A stretch of 64,000 bases of DNA from the NCBI GenBank assembly GCA_964057225.1, contig OZ059896.1:18042001-18106000 (forward strand). Reading direction: 5' to 3'. Position numbers and translations under genes: made by a program. The notes under the pieces were generated by a model that worked only from the letters and a program-made list of their open reading frames with translations, did no database searches and was not told the DNA's origin. This stretch comes from Auanema rhodensis. Taxonomy: Eukaryota; Animalia; Nematoda. The first letter of the stretch is position 1; each line of letters opens with the position of its first letter. Below, one piece after another: positions 30,684 to 42,800 of the stretch.

Positions 30684-30910
30684 ATCCCGCCCTTTCTTTA
30701 ATTCTCATTCTCTACCTCTCTCCTATTCTCCTGTCTTATATCGCCTTCTTCGGACCATCGGCAATACTCTTCGCACCCAACAAAGTGGGCGTGGCTAAGC
30801 AAGAAGGGCGGAGGCCGGTCGTGTAGATCCGTCGTCGTCAGTCCGTTGTCGTACATCCTTGTTCGTTGGCTGATTTGCTCTTCTCCAGCTCTCAACTATA
30901 CTGTCAAAGA
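30684..30910 (+). promoter_or_regulatory. GC-box-rich promoter of HLH-A
   Basis: CCCGCCC, GGGCGTGGCT and GGGCGGAGG Sp/KLF-type boxes in an otherwise AT-rich context, preceded by a CT-repeat tract. Confidence 0.55.
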
Positions 30911-31013
30911 TATCTGTTATCTAATCGGATTACTCATTACTCAGAAGAAGTTTCAATAACTATTTTCTGTTTCTATTGCTATCCTTCAAAACAGTATTCA
31001 ACTTCAATTAACA

Positions 31014-31477
31014 ATGAAATCATCTCCTATTCGTTCTGCTCGTCCAGCTACTTCTCTTTCACCTAAAGGACGTGTTCGTAAGAGTTCTGAAGAACGAAAA
31101 GAAAAGTTGAAGGTATGTATTACTTCATATTCTTAATTTCAATTTCAATTTCATTTTTTTGATTCAAAATTCATTTATTTTGTTTCTTTGGCATTTTTAA
31201 TATCTAAATTTAAATTTATATTTTAATATATTTAACTAAAGAAAAATTGAATTTTCAATTACTCAGTTATTCTATCCAATTTCTAATTTTTTTTGTTTTT
31301 AAGGTCGAAGCTACATTACGTCGACTTCTTGGATCTGATGATGATTCATCTCAACTCGATGTCGTTCTCTCTGCTATTCAATACATTCGTGATCTTCAAC
31401 ACCAATTGGATTGTCATCAAGAAAATATTCTTCCATCAGGTTTTGAGCAGCTTTTTGAGAAAGCTGTTCGAACATGA
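31014..31477 (+). CDS. Small Id/extramacrochaetae-like HLH protein lacking a canonical basic region (HLH-A, 90 aa)
   Basis: Exon 1 31014-31112, intron GTATGT...TTTTAAG, exon 2 31304-31477: MKSSPIRSARPATSLSPKGRVRKSSEERKEKLK|VEATLRRLLGSDDDSSQLDVVLSAIQYIRDLQHQLDCHQENILPSGFEQLFEKAVRT*. Helix-2 signature S-x-L-D-V-V-x-x-A-I-x-Y-I-x-x-L-Q. Confidence 0.8.
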
Positions 31478-32068
31478 TTTCTCTACCATTTCTATTTCCT
31501 TTTGGAAGTTTCATGAGTTGCTCTATGAGCAAATCATCTGATCTAGCTACTTCAATCTTCACGGGTTTTATTAACAAACTGGTCTCTGTCTGTATTCTAA
31601 GAAATGGATGTTCTTGTTTGAAAATTAGTTTGTTAAAAGATTTTAATCTATGCTCTTAATCTACAAAATTTAAAATGAAGTTGTAGAATAAAAATGAAAA
31701 AAAAATTGAATGTTCTATATTATAAAATGAAAAATAAAATATTTCATCGTTAAATTTTATTATTTTTATAAAATATATACTATAAACTATATTCTTTATC
31801 AAACTTTTATTATACAATCTTATATATATATATATTCTGAATGATTTACACATATATAAATGGATATTAAGTCGGATATGCTACCTGGCGAACTGATAAT
31901 TCATAATTCTGGATGAACTAATTCAGCTTAAGCAGCAAGCTTAGTTAGGCTTGGTTCAACACTTCCGTCTTGCTTTTATTCATCTCTTAGGCTATTCATT
32001 CTATAACCCAAAATCTCAATATATCTGTAAAAGCATACGGGCCGCTACGATGATGACGACGACTGGTC

Positions 32069-33634
32069 CACCTGCGGTTGATTGCCATCTGCTTCGTCGT
32101 TTCCTTGTGTTCTGCTCCATATGTGAAGAAGAGCAGCAGTTAGCAGACGTGAATTACTTCGTATTCATATCGTCATCAACATGCTGTCTTCGTTTTTTTT
32201 GGTTTCCGTTCAACCTACCTAACCTCTTCGTTCCTGCCTTCTGGAAGGACCTTAAAGCAAGCCGATATGGTAAAATTGGTTGCTACTGTTAGCCATAAGT
32301 GCTCGAAGGCCATGTTCATCGAATATCTGGTGATCTCAACCTGATGGTGCTGGAAGAGGAGAGCAGCATCTGTAGCCTCCGAAGAAAATTATGAACAAGC
32401 CGCGTGACATTATATATATATGTCATGTTCGTTTTTGAACATCTTTCCAGTACCGCATACCTACTGCGAACAGCAGGCTGATTTGAATGAAGACGCGGAT
32501 GTTTCAAACATGCAACTATCAGCTGTCTTCTAGGAAGAGACAATCAGATGTTACGTCATCATTTTGATTCAGATCTTCCATCTGAGGGTTTGGGAGAAGG
32601 ATAAAGGGGCAAGGCAGTGGATGTAGATGATGGTTGAGAAGGATTTGTGACTATGCATTTCCATAGATTTCAATCATCTGTTGCTTTAAGCTCATCCAAA
32701 GGCAGATATACATGGTTTGGCAGTTTCAGAAGCATCACTAGCAGTAGCAGCTGCAATATTTTCCATCCGTCAGTTCATATTGAACTGAAGATATGCTAAA
32801 CTCGGAGAAAATTCAATACAATTTCAAATATAAATTATATTTTTACAAATAAAAAATGAAAATTAGAAAATGATGGCAAGAATATAAAAAAGTTTCGTAT
32901 TTTCGTATACAAAGACATCCACCTGTTCACTCAATTGGACTACATCTGCTGTCACACCTGTTAGTCAGAAGCCGGACAAGCTGTGAAACACAGCCTGGAC
33001 TATTCAATTGCATCTGAAGTTAGTGAATCCGACGAGAGTGGGTTTTTGCTAAAAGTTAAGCAGATAGTTCCGGATGCTTAGCCTGTTGGTTATATAGTGT
33101 ACTGAAACGAACAAGAGGGGAAGGAGAAACAGCAAAGCAGCATACAGATGCCGACATGAACGAAATGGTAAGTTGCTTAGAACATGACGATGAGCATATC
33201 CCATAATGCTCAGTATAAGTGTTTCAGTTTTGGAATAGCAATACAATACAAAATAACCTGAGGGGTTTATTAGATCTTATAGTCTTATGACAACACTAGC
33301 GGAAAGCCAACAAAGTTTGAGAGTGAGCTTTTCCTTTCTCTGTACTAAATGATATTGGCTACTTCTTCTTTGAGTTTTTATATTTCATCTGGTCGATTTA
33401 ACTAAAAATTTTTGTTCTTTCTGCCTTTTCGGCTTCTTCTTTCGGATTTGAAACCGTTTGAGGCAGATTGTCATCTGGCCTGGAATAGCAGTTGTAGTAT
33501 GCAAAGCGGAACAGACATCCTTTCTGTGTTCATCTCCAAGATACAACTACAACGAAGGAAAGCAGCAGCCGGATGGCTGCTTTGCTTAGTTCAAGTGGAC
33601 CCGATGGCTCAGTTGGGTCTGTTTCCCCCAGATG
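32069..33634. promoter_or_regulatory. E-box cluster downstream of HLH-A
   Basis: 11 CATCTG/CAGATG, 3 CACCTG, 1 CAGCTG, 1 CATATG in ~1.6 kb. Confidence 0.6.
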
Positions 33635-33919
33635 GTTGAGCATGTGTTTCATGGCCTTCTGGTTAGACTTTCATATCCTTCTTTCACTCTATCAAAGCTT
33701 TTTTTCGAATTCATAACAGATTAGAACAATACGTGAACTTAGTTCCAACTTTTTGCCAAATATTTCGTTAATCTTGAACAAAGTCTACGATAAAACAAGT
33801 TGTATCGTCTTCTGCTTATGGAAGTACTCTGTATCTTGAGTAAATCTTATAGATTGAATATGTTTGTTTTTGTTTGGAAAAAAAGAAAAAGTTTATGAAA
33901 AGTTGGAAACGTTGAACAG

Positions 33920-34895
33920 TTTTCACGAACATTATGATGAAAAACGGTAAAAATCAAAGGAAATCGATTAATAGGTGATGAAATTATGATTTTCTTGAAT
34001 GAGATTAAGGTCAAGAAAACGAAAACAAGTAGTACAAGTGAATGATCTTGTTAATCCGTTTGCAAAAAAAAAGAAAAAATGCCGACGATGATGACATCCA
34101 ACTATCTCGTCAAGTGGCAAAATCACCTTTCCTCACATAATCCCATACATAAACTTTTCTTTAAAACTTATAAAACCTTAATTATATGATGAATAGTTAG
34201 TTATATACTATAACATTATATGTAAAGTTATTCATAAATATAATTCTTTTGTTAATTCCAGTACTAAAGATTCAAAGAAAATGACAATAGATGGGTTCTT
34301 TGTGTTTTATGTTTGTATGTTTCAAGTATAAAGTAAAACTAGGAAGATGCTAGTACTTATGTCATGACATGTGTTCAGAATTCAGAAGAAAGCCAACTGC
34401 TAGACGATTGGCAGTTTTGAGGTCGAGCTGCAAGATGTTGAGCCAGCATGAGCATTCAATCCTTTCTATGTACAGATGTATATTGAAAATTGCGCAATAG
34501 CCATCTAGATTCTAAAGAATCAGATGTTTCTACTTAGAATAAATTTTTAAAAAATAGAAATATCATATTCTCTTTAAATAATTTGAAAAAAAAAAGAAAA
34601 AATAGGATATATAACTAACTATTCATCATATAATTAAGGTTTTATAAGTTTTAAAGAAAAGTTTATGTATGGGATTATGTGAGGAAAGGTGATTTTGCCA
34701 CTTGACGAGATAGTTGGATGTCATCATCGTCGGCATTTTTTCTTTTTTTTTGCAAACGGATTAACAAGATCATTCACTTGTACTACTTGTTTTCGTTTTC
34801 TTGACCTTAATCTCATTCAAGAAAATCATAATTTCATCACCTATTAATCGATTTCCTTTGATTTTTACCGTTTTTCATCATAATGTTCGTGAAAA
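33920..34895. repeat. Perfect 288-bp inverted repeat with a 400-bp spacer
   Basis: 33920-34207 is the reverse complement of 34608-34895, including homopolymer lengths (no mismatch seen). Confidence 0.95.
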
Positions 34896-36833
34896 AACCA
34901 ATTGCCGAACATTGATGCATAATCCCGTCCCCTCATTTTTCAGTTTTTTCTTTTTTTTTTCTCAAAACAAAGGATGGTAATAAATTTCTTTTCCTTTTTT
35001 TGGCAGGATTTTCAAACCTTTTCAGCCTTTCGAACCTTTCTTTAATCCATTTTTTACCAAAAACGACAATTTTCACTCATTAGATTGGCTTACAAGATAA
35101 GTCATGCCTATATACAAGAAAAACATATAACATAGACAAAAAAGAAGTAAAAAACGTTGCAAGGTCAGCTGACGGTAAAAGTCGTTGGATGAGCAAAATT
35201 ATTCGAACAAAATGCCAATCAAATGACCGTATTTGAACAAAGCAAGGTTAACAAAATGAATATTTTATTTGTTAAACATGAATCTTTTGTATAATTTCCA
35301 AACAAAAATCAAAAAAAGTTGTTTTATTTCTTATAAAATTAAAAAAAAAAGCATTCAGTAAATGAAAAAGAACATTTTCAACGTTTTATTGACAACTTTC
35401 TTATCCTGCCCCCCCCCTCCCTCTCTCTTAAACTAAAGAATTTCTTATATAAAAATGAATAACCATGTCTAATGATATAATACTATGTAATTATATAATT
35501 TGTTTATTTATATTTTGGATTAACAATTGAAAATTTTTGAATAATTATATAAGAAATATTGAATTTCTTCTATATATTTGAACTATCATATATTTACTTT
35601 TACCTCTTAATCTTTTATTGTCTTAACTATACGTATAATAACTTTGTGGATTAATTCTTCTACAAAAAAATTTGTTTAAACAGTACCATCATCATACAAG
35701 AATCGTAAAAACTTTTTTATTTGAAGAAAGATTAGATAACTATTCTCTTTATTTTTAAGAAATCTTCTAATATGATCTTCTTTTATATAAAATATTTCTA
35801 ATAATTTATCTTTTATTTGATTAATATTTATCATTTATCCTATATTTTTATATTTTTTATTCTGTAAACAATAATTTTTTTAAAAATAAATTTTAAAAAA
35901 TTGATTAAACAAATCATAAGTACTATATTTGGATTATAATTGCATAATAATATTGGACACATGGGGTGAATTACATACGAAAAGGACATATAGTAAAGCT
36001 GTGGTATTGAGATTCATCATAAGAGATTCTTATTTACTATGATAATCCATAAGAAATAGAGAGGGACAGTGAGATAGATAGAGAGATTGACCTTTCAAAC
36101 ATAAATCGTTTGGTAGGTAGACTTAATCAGAGAACAATATTTTTATTTTTTTATATATTAATCTATATATGGTATAGTTATATAATATATATGTTTTTAT
36201 TATCTAATATGACAAGCATTTAAGAATTATCATATAGGAATTCAACTATATACCGTATCATATCATACCGTAATCTATTGTACCTTATCTTTATTCATTT
36301 AAATATAAAAAAAAGGTTAAATATATTTAAAATTAATAATATAATTAGCATAATAATAAAATATTTAAAATATATAGTTTATGATTATTATTCAAATAAG
36401 AATGAAGGACAAATTATCGTTTAGTTTGAATGAATACAGTTTAACTACTTTATGACTTTTATACAATACATATAGTTAGTAGAGCATAAATTAAGTATAA
36501 TTCTTCTATAGAAATTGTATTTTCTTTTCTTTTTTTTATATAAATCATTAAGATATTCATAATAAAGGCAAATCAATTTGTTTTAGTTCATATTCATACA
36601 AGAACAGTATGAGAGCAGATTGGATGATAGCCAACTATTTTGCTTCTAAATAGATTGTAAATCATGAATAGTTATGGATCCCTTGACAATTCTTATTAAT
36701 ATTTAAGAAATTTTAGATAACTATAGTAGATATATGTAATTTTCATTCACATATTGATGATATTTGAGATCTAATCCATATACATAGTTATGGAAAAGTT
36801 GATGTCATCTGCTTCAACACATTTTCATAGACA

Positions 36834-36866
36834 TGTGTGTGTGTGTGTGTGTGTGTTCGTGTGTGT
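36834..36866. repeat. (TG)n microsatellite
   Basis: TG dinucleotide run. Confidence 0.8.
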
Positions 36867-39800
36867 AACAAGCAATACAGTTATTATACTTATATCCAGC
36901 CTTAAAAGCTTAGATTATATAATAGTATTCATATATGACGTCATCATTCTCACATTACTTGAAAGATTAAAAGTTACAGGTGAGAAGGCTTCGATTATGA
37001 TCGTAACACATGTAAGATGAGCTAAGAATATTCTCTATTCACGACCTCTCCTTCTACAGAATTTCATTTTGGATATGATGACGTCATTTATCTTTTAATC
37101 CGGAAAATTGTTCGATAAGTGTATGAATGAAGGAATTTTCGGATTTTCTACGCATAGTTAATGAGCTAGCTATTGGTAAATTATGTGAAAAGTCGAATAT
37201 ATTATGCAGAATAGAGATAAAAGGTCTTAAGACCTATAAATGTAGATGAGATAGATAAGACGAGAAGAGGTGATAGTCTGAGGAAACTGTATATCTGGGA
37301 AATAGATTGAGGATGAGAGGTAACAATATCCATATAGTAAAACTTAGATAAGCTATATGCATGAGAAAGTGCTTTGATGTAGTTTTAACATAATATTCTC
37401 AGACAAATGAATAAGTATCTATAGGTATAAGAGATTTATATCTTCCTTCCCAGATCATAAGTCAAGCATATCTTATGGAAAACGGTCAAAAGGTCATCAC
37501 CACATTTGAAGAAATATATAAAAAAGTTTGTTTTTTAAATTTAAAATAATAAAAAATAATTATTTTTATAAATTATAATAAATAATTAAACTTTATAATT
37601 CCCTCTAATAGATTTTTTAAAAGACTGTCGTGACGATAGCTAAATAACCATATTGTCTTTAACCTTTTGCTTCCAACTTGTTCAGCTTGTACCGGATATG
37701 CTTTTGATTTACTTAACCTGATACCAAAACCATAAGCATATAGCTTAAGTATACTTCTTAACAATACATTTGTTCTTTCTATTGGATCGAAGTATCAGAT
37801 GACAGAATGAATGCCGAAGATGGTATATGGTTATCTAAAGAATGCCGTTGCCGTAGTATTCAACTTGAAGTATCTCAAACAGATGTTTTTCTTCTATGTA
37901 TGTTCTTCTTCATATTGGTCGATTGGATAAACAGCTTATAAAGAGAATATTACTAAATATAGTAATATAACAATATTATTTAGTTAAATATAAATATAGT
38001 AGTTTATTCATTTCAAATCAAAGGCGGAATGATGTAACAATATCAGCAGTAGCGTGACTTCCAGCAGATTTTCAAGAATACTTGTAGTAAACTTGAGTAA
38101 ACAACCTTACAAGCGCATACAAGTTGTTGAGCTATATTATATTTCTCATGTTACTTCTTCTGTCGGCTTGATTCTCTTTATGTCAACGTTGAACAAGAGA
38201 CTTTTCGCACCTACTACTACTACTTCTACAACTACTACTACACCTACTCCTGCTACTCATTCTCTTCTCTCTCTCTCTCTCTCTATTTCTCTTTCTCTCT
38301 TTCATCTTATAGTTGATTAACCTATGTATTTTTGGAAAGAAAGAAAAAACTTTGATTCTCACACATCCATCTCAAATATCTTATTGTATGATGAACGACA
38401 ACGTCACATTATAATTAGTCTCGTACAGAAAGTTTGAACAGAACAATAGAATTCTATCGATTCCAGGGATTTGACTATTCTCATATTACGTATTATAACA
38501 TATAATCTAAGCGAATAACTTATGAAAGCAATTAGAAAAAAGAAAGAAAAACTTTTATTTATTATCAAATTACTTCATAATTGCTCAGAAAACTTCGTTA
38601 TATACGATATTTCTACTCAATTTACATTATTCAACATACAACTTGAGAAACTTTGAAAAAAAAGGTTTTTTTTTGGGATCAGAAAAGTAATAGAGAAACG
38701 GTCCCTTGTTTACCTGTTTAACTATTTTAAAACTTTCTATAACTATAATATCTAAATAAGTTTGGATGAACTCTAAGATGTTGCATCTCTTAAGTACCTA
38801 TTAAGGTATTAAGAGAGTCTAATATCTCGACGTCTATTGATGAATAACAATTGGCTTCGGAACGAAAAAAAAGTAAATTAAAGGCCTGAAAACATGAATT
38901 ACAGTCGAGAATTAGTCCATTCATACTATATCCCTCACTTATATTCTCTCTGTGATTCCAGCCGTCATAACTATAGGTTCTCAACCTGTTGTAAAGATGA
39001 AAATGACAGAGCGAAAGAGCTTTGAGATTAGATGGGCGCCGGAAATTCCGGGATTATGAATGTCATTTGTGTCGATTCTCTAGTTGTTGCCGCTATTGAC
39101 ACAAGTTTTCTGTACCTATATATCCAGAATAACCCCATAATTAGTATAGTTAGATGAATATTTTTTTGAAATTAGAAGATTTAACATGTAATTGTAATAT
39201 TACTTAGTATATGTTGTGAATAAAAAGATAAATATCTATTTATATATAACATTATATTCATTTAACCTATCTTTTCCCTTATTTTCTCTTTATCTTCATC
39301 TTCTTTTCTCTTTATTTCTTTTTCTCTTAGTCATCCATCTGTCAGATGTTCCCACCACTTTCTTACCGCATGCTCGTCTCGGTTCATCAACTGAAAATCG
39401 TTTATGACCATCCTGGGAAAGAGTTTAAATCATGAAACTTCTTCTTTAATATTGCATCAGAAAATCTCATAAAAAACGTAAAAACGTAGTTTTCAACGTC
39501 TACGGAGCATTAGCAGAATTTATTGTATTGCTGACTCATGATACATGCATTTCATGTTTATACTTTAAGCTTTCTCATAAATGCTATGCTACAGCAGCTG
39601 AAATCAAGAAAAACCTAATGTAAAATATGTGAAAATGTCTATAAATCAAGTGTGAAATTCAGTAAGCTCATCAATTTAGCATTATGCTTCCAAATTATCC
39701 GTGAAGCATCTCCAAAGATGCAGTCTAGTCAGTCTTCTTTCTCACCACCTAGAGTGAAAATGAGGGTTGTTTGTCTGAATCTCGTCTCAATTCTGTCAGC

Positions 39801-42800
39801 TTTCAATCCAAAATATTGACTATTGTATCAATAAATATTGGCATATATTGATGGTTAACGATGATGAAGATGATATGTGTGAAACAAGCTGCTTGACCAT
39901 CTGAGAGCATTACAAGAGAGAAATAGAGAGAGAGAGAGAAAGAGGGAGAAAGAGAGAGAGAGAAAAACAATTAATTCTTTGAATTAATTAGCTTTTCTCA
40001 AGAGGTACAGTTAGTAGAGCATAGTCACACATTACAAATACATCTACATACATACAGCCATACAGTGTGCTTTACTCTATCTATATGCTTGTCGATGTCC
40101 CACTGTGAACTGTGGCACTCACAGCTGAGTGTCAAATACAGTGATTCTTCCTATTTCTCGTAATTTATTATACTATTTTCATTATTTTATATAATTTCTT
40201 TATTTTAATTTACTTTAGCAAGTATGGAATCAATCTTATGTTCAACTTATGTGAATAAGACACCATTTCTTAGACTGACAAATCTAGAAAATTTGAACTT
40301 ACAACCTATAATTATAGTTTCATTCGATACAAATAAAATTACTTTTTTGAGCAAATCGTATTGTTGGATGGTTGATGATGATGATCATCATCATGTTGCC
40401 AAATTAACTGTTCTGTTGTGACAAATGACTCCACAATTAGCTAAAAAGTCGAGGACGAACCAAAGTAATAAATGGATTGATGAGTCAGATGTCTTGACTA
40501 CTACCTTCAAGTCGTAAAAATGCCTCAACTTACCTTATAACATTAAAACCTCTTGAGTCAAGGATTATATAAGAATATATATGTATTAACTATAATTGAA
40601 ATAGAATTAAGATGAAAACACATGTCATTACACGATATCTCACAATGATTCTACACCATATGTGTGTGTGTATATCTGTATGGTTAACTGTTCAAAGTAC
40701 AACCTATTAAGCCGTATTCACAAAGAAGTGACCAAGTTTCAACATGAACTTTCTCAGGCAACCTGTTGAACATGAATACACTAAATGTGACAAAGAAAAT
40801 GACAGAAAAACCTATTTTTCTGGATGAGATATAATCAGATAGAGAATGTCCCAGAGGGGGTGGTTGAAGTAACACCTGTTTTCTACAATAGCCAATAGTT
40901 CATTCAATGTATCTGTTGTGTCTATTTGAAACTTGCCATTTATATTTAGAAGATAGAAACATATTTATTGCATTTTTTTTTTCATTCAGAACATTAAAAA
41001 TCGTCAATAAATTAAAAGAAAAACGATAGATATTTAAGTTAGAAGAGATTAAATTCTATTAGATTTTCATTACTACATATGGTCATTATCATATATTTAT
41101 CTTGATCTTAAACTATTTTTACTATTTTCTTATATATTTCAATTTCATCATCAAGTAGATTTACAGATCAAATTTTCTGTGTGAAAAACATTTGGATACG
41201 ATACACCTCCATTAATCTATAAACCCTCCATCTACAGCTTATAGCCACAAAGCAGAATACGAAAATACTTTTTGAAGAACGGTATTACTTTGATTTTTCA
41301 CAGTTCCATGCTTCGTTTGATCCTTTTTCCGGAATAAAGCATCAGAGGAAGCTCGTCCGATTCCCATAATGCTCCGAAGGACATCCCTATTAGCTTTATG
41401 AGGCAGACAAATCGCCCATCTTACTGTTTTCTCTTTAATATCTTCTTTTGGTCTCTGGTTATGTGATGGATTAGACCGGAAGTTGTTAACCTAGAACAAG
41501 TAATATAAGGTCAAATTGACATGTTATTGAAGATAAATCTTAAATTCTAGTTAAATATACTAACTTATTCAATGGTAAGCACGTAACACGATGCTTCTCT
41601 TGTAATCGCTACTGTCAACGGCGGGAATTGCCAACAACACAAAAGAGCACATGTGGACAAGCTAATGAATAAACCACATGTTGAATTGGTTTGGCTGTTC
41701 AGACGAATAAAGCAGATTCGATAACTAGCTGATCTTTTACAAATCTCTTTTCCAATTTTCTCTCAAAATCAAATAACTACATATATCTATATAGTTATAA
41801 GATTATAAGATACATAAAGAAACTATCTCATTGTATACTTTGGATTTCAATATTCATCTGAATATAGTATTCGAGATACTGTGCTGATGATTGGACGTCT
41901 ATGAAAATGTGTTTATTCAGTTATTGATCACATCATTTGTTAGGTTTTACCACCATATAATCATATATTATGATTCGAAGCCATTGTATAATAGCAAACA
42001 GCTTCCGACAGTGTTATAACTGTCTGTAACCGTCTGTTGATGACCACAGGCATTACCGCCAAGGCTTCTATTCCAGCTGTCGTTTTGCTGGTACTGCTGT
42101 TGCTGATGTTGGCATAACGTAATGGAATCAGTCGGCTGTCTCTTAAGTCTAACGGATCATGAACAGAAGCGTGCTGTTCTACGACAATGAGCGGCATGAT
42201 CTATCACTCATTAGGCTGGCAAGCTGGCTGTCAGACAGTTAAGACGCTTTGCTGATCACGAAGACACTATGTGTATCGGCATGCAGCACAGCACATTACA
42301 AATGCTTCAAATGGACACGTACATCTGCATTAGATGTGTGAGTGTGTATGTATGCCCGCTGTTAGCTACAGCTGTTGCGTCATATTTTTGTATTTTCAGG
42401 GTTTTGTGCATATGTTTATCCCAAATAAAGACAAAAGCCTTTATTGCCAAATGTATGTTAAAAGAAGAATAAATATGTGATCAATGTAATTCATTTGATG
42501 AGCCAAGACATGTATTTCTTTAACAATCCGACGATCATAATGCTTTACCTCTTTATTCTTTCTTTATTGCTCCCCCTCATACCTATTTCTGTTTTTCTTT
42601 TTGAACCCTACAAATAGATCCGACAAAGGACCACACGTAGTACACATATTAACGTATCCCATAGCTTAAACAATACGATCCATGATCTATCTCTCAGCCT
42701 ATATATGAGCCTGTTATAAGCATTGAATAGGCAATGAGCGGAAAATGTTATATATTGAAAGGTTATACTGCTTAAAAGCCTGAAGTGTCGTTCATGACAA

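Noticed and set aside
29315-39041. GGCGCC BMP/Smad-type elements (29315, 39036), as in vertebrate Id promoters
   Set aside because: Only two isolated hexamers without an adjacent GTCT at the expected spacing
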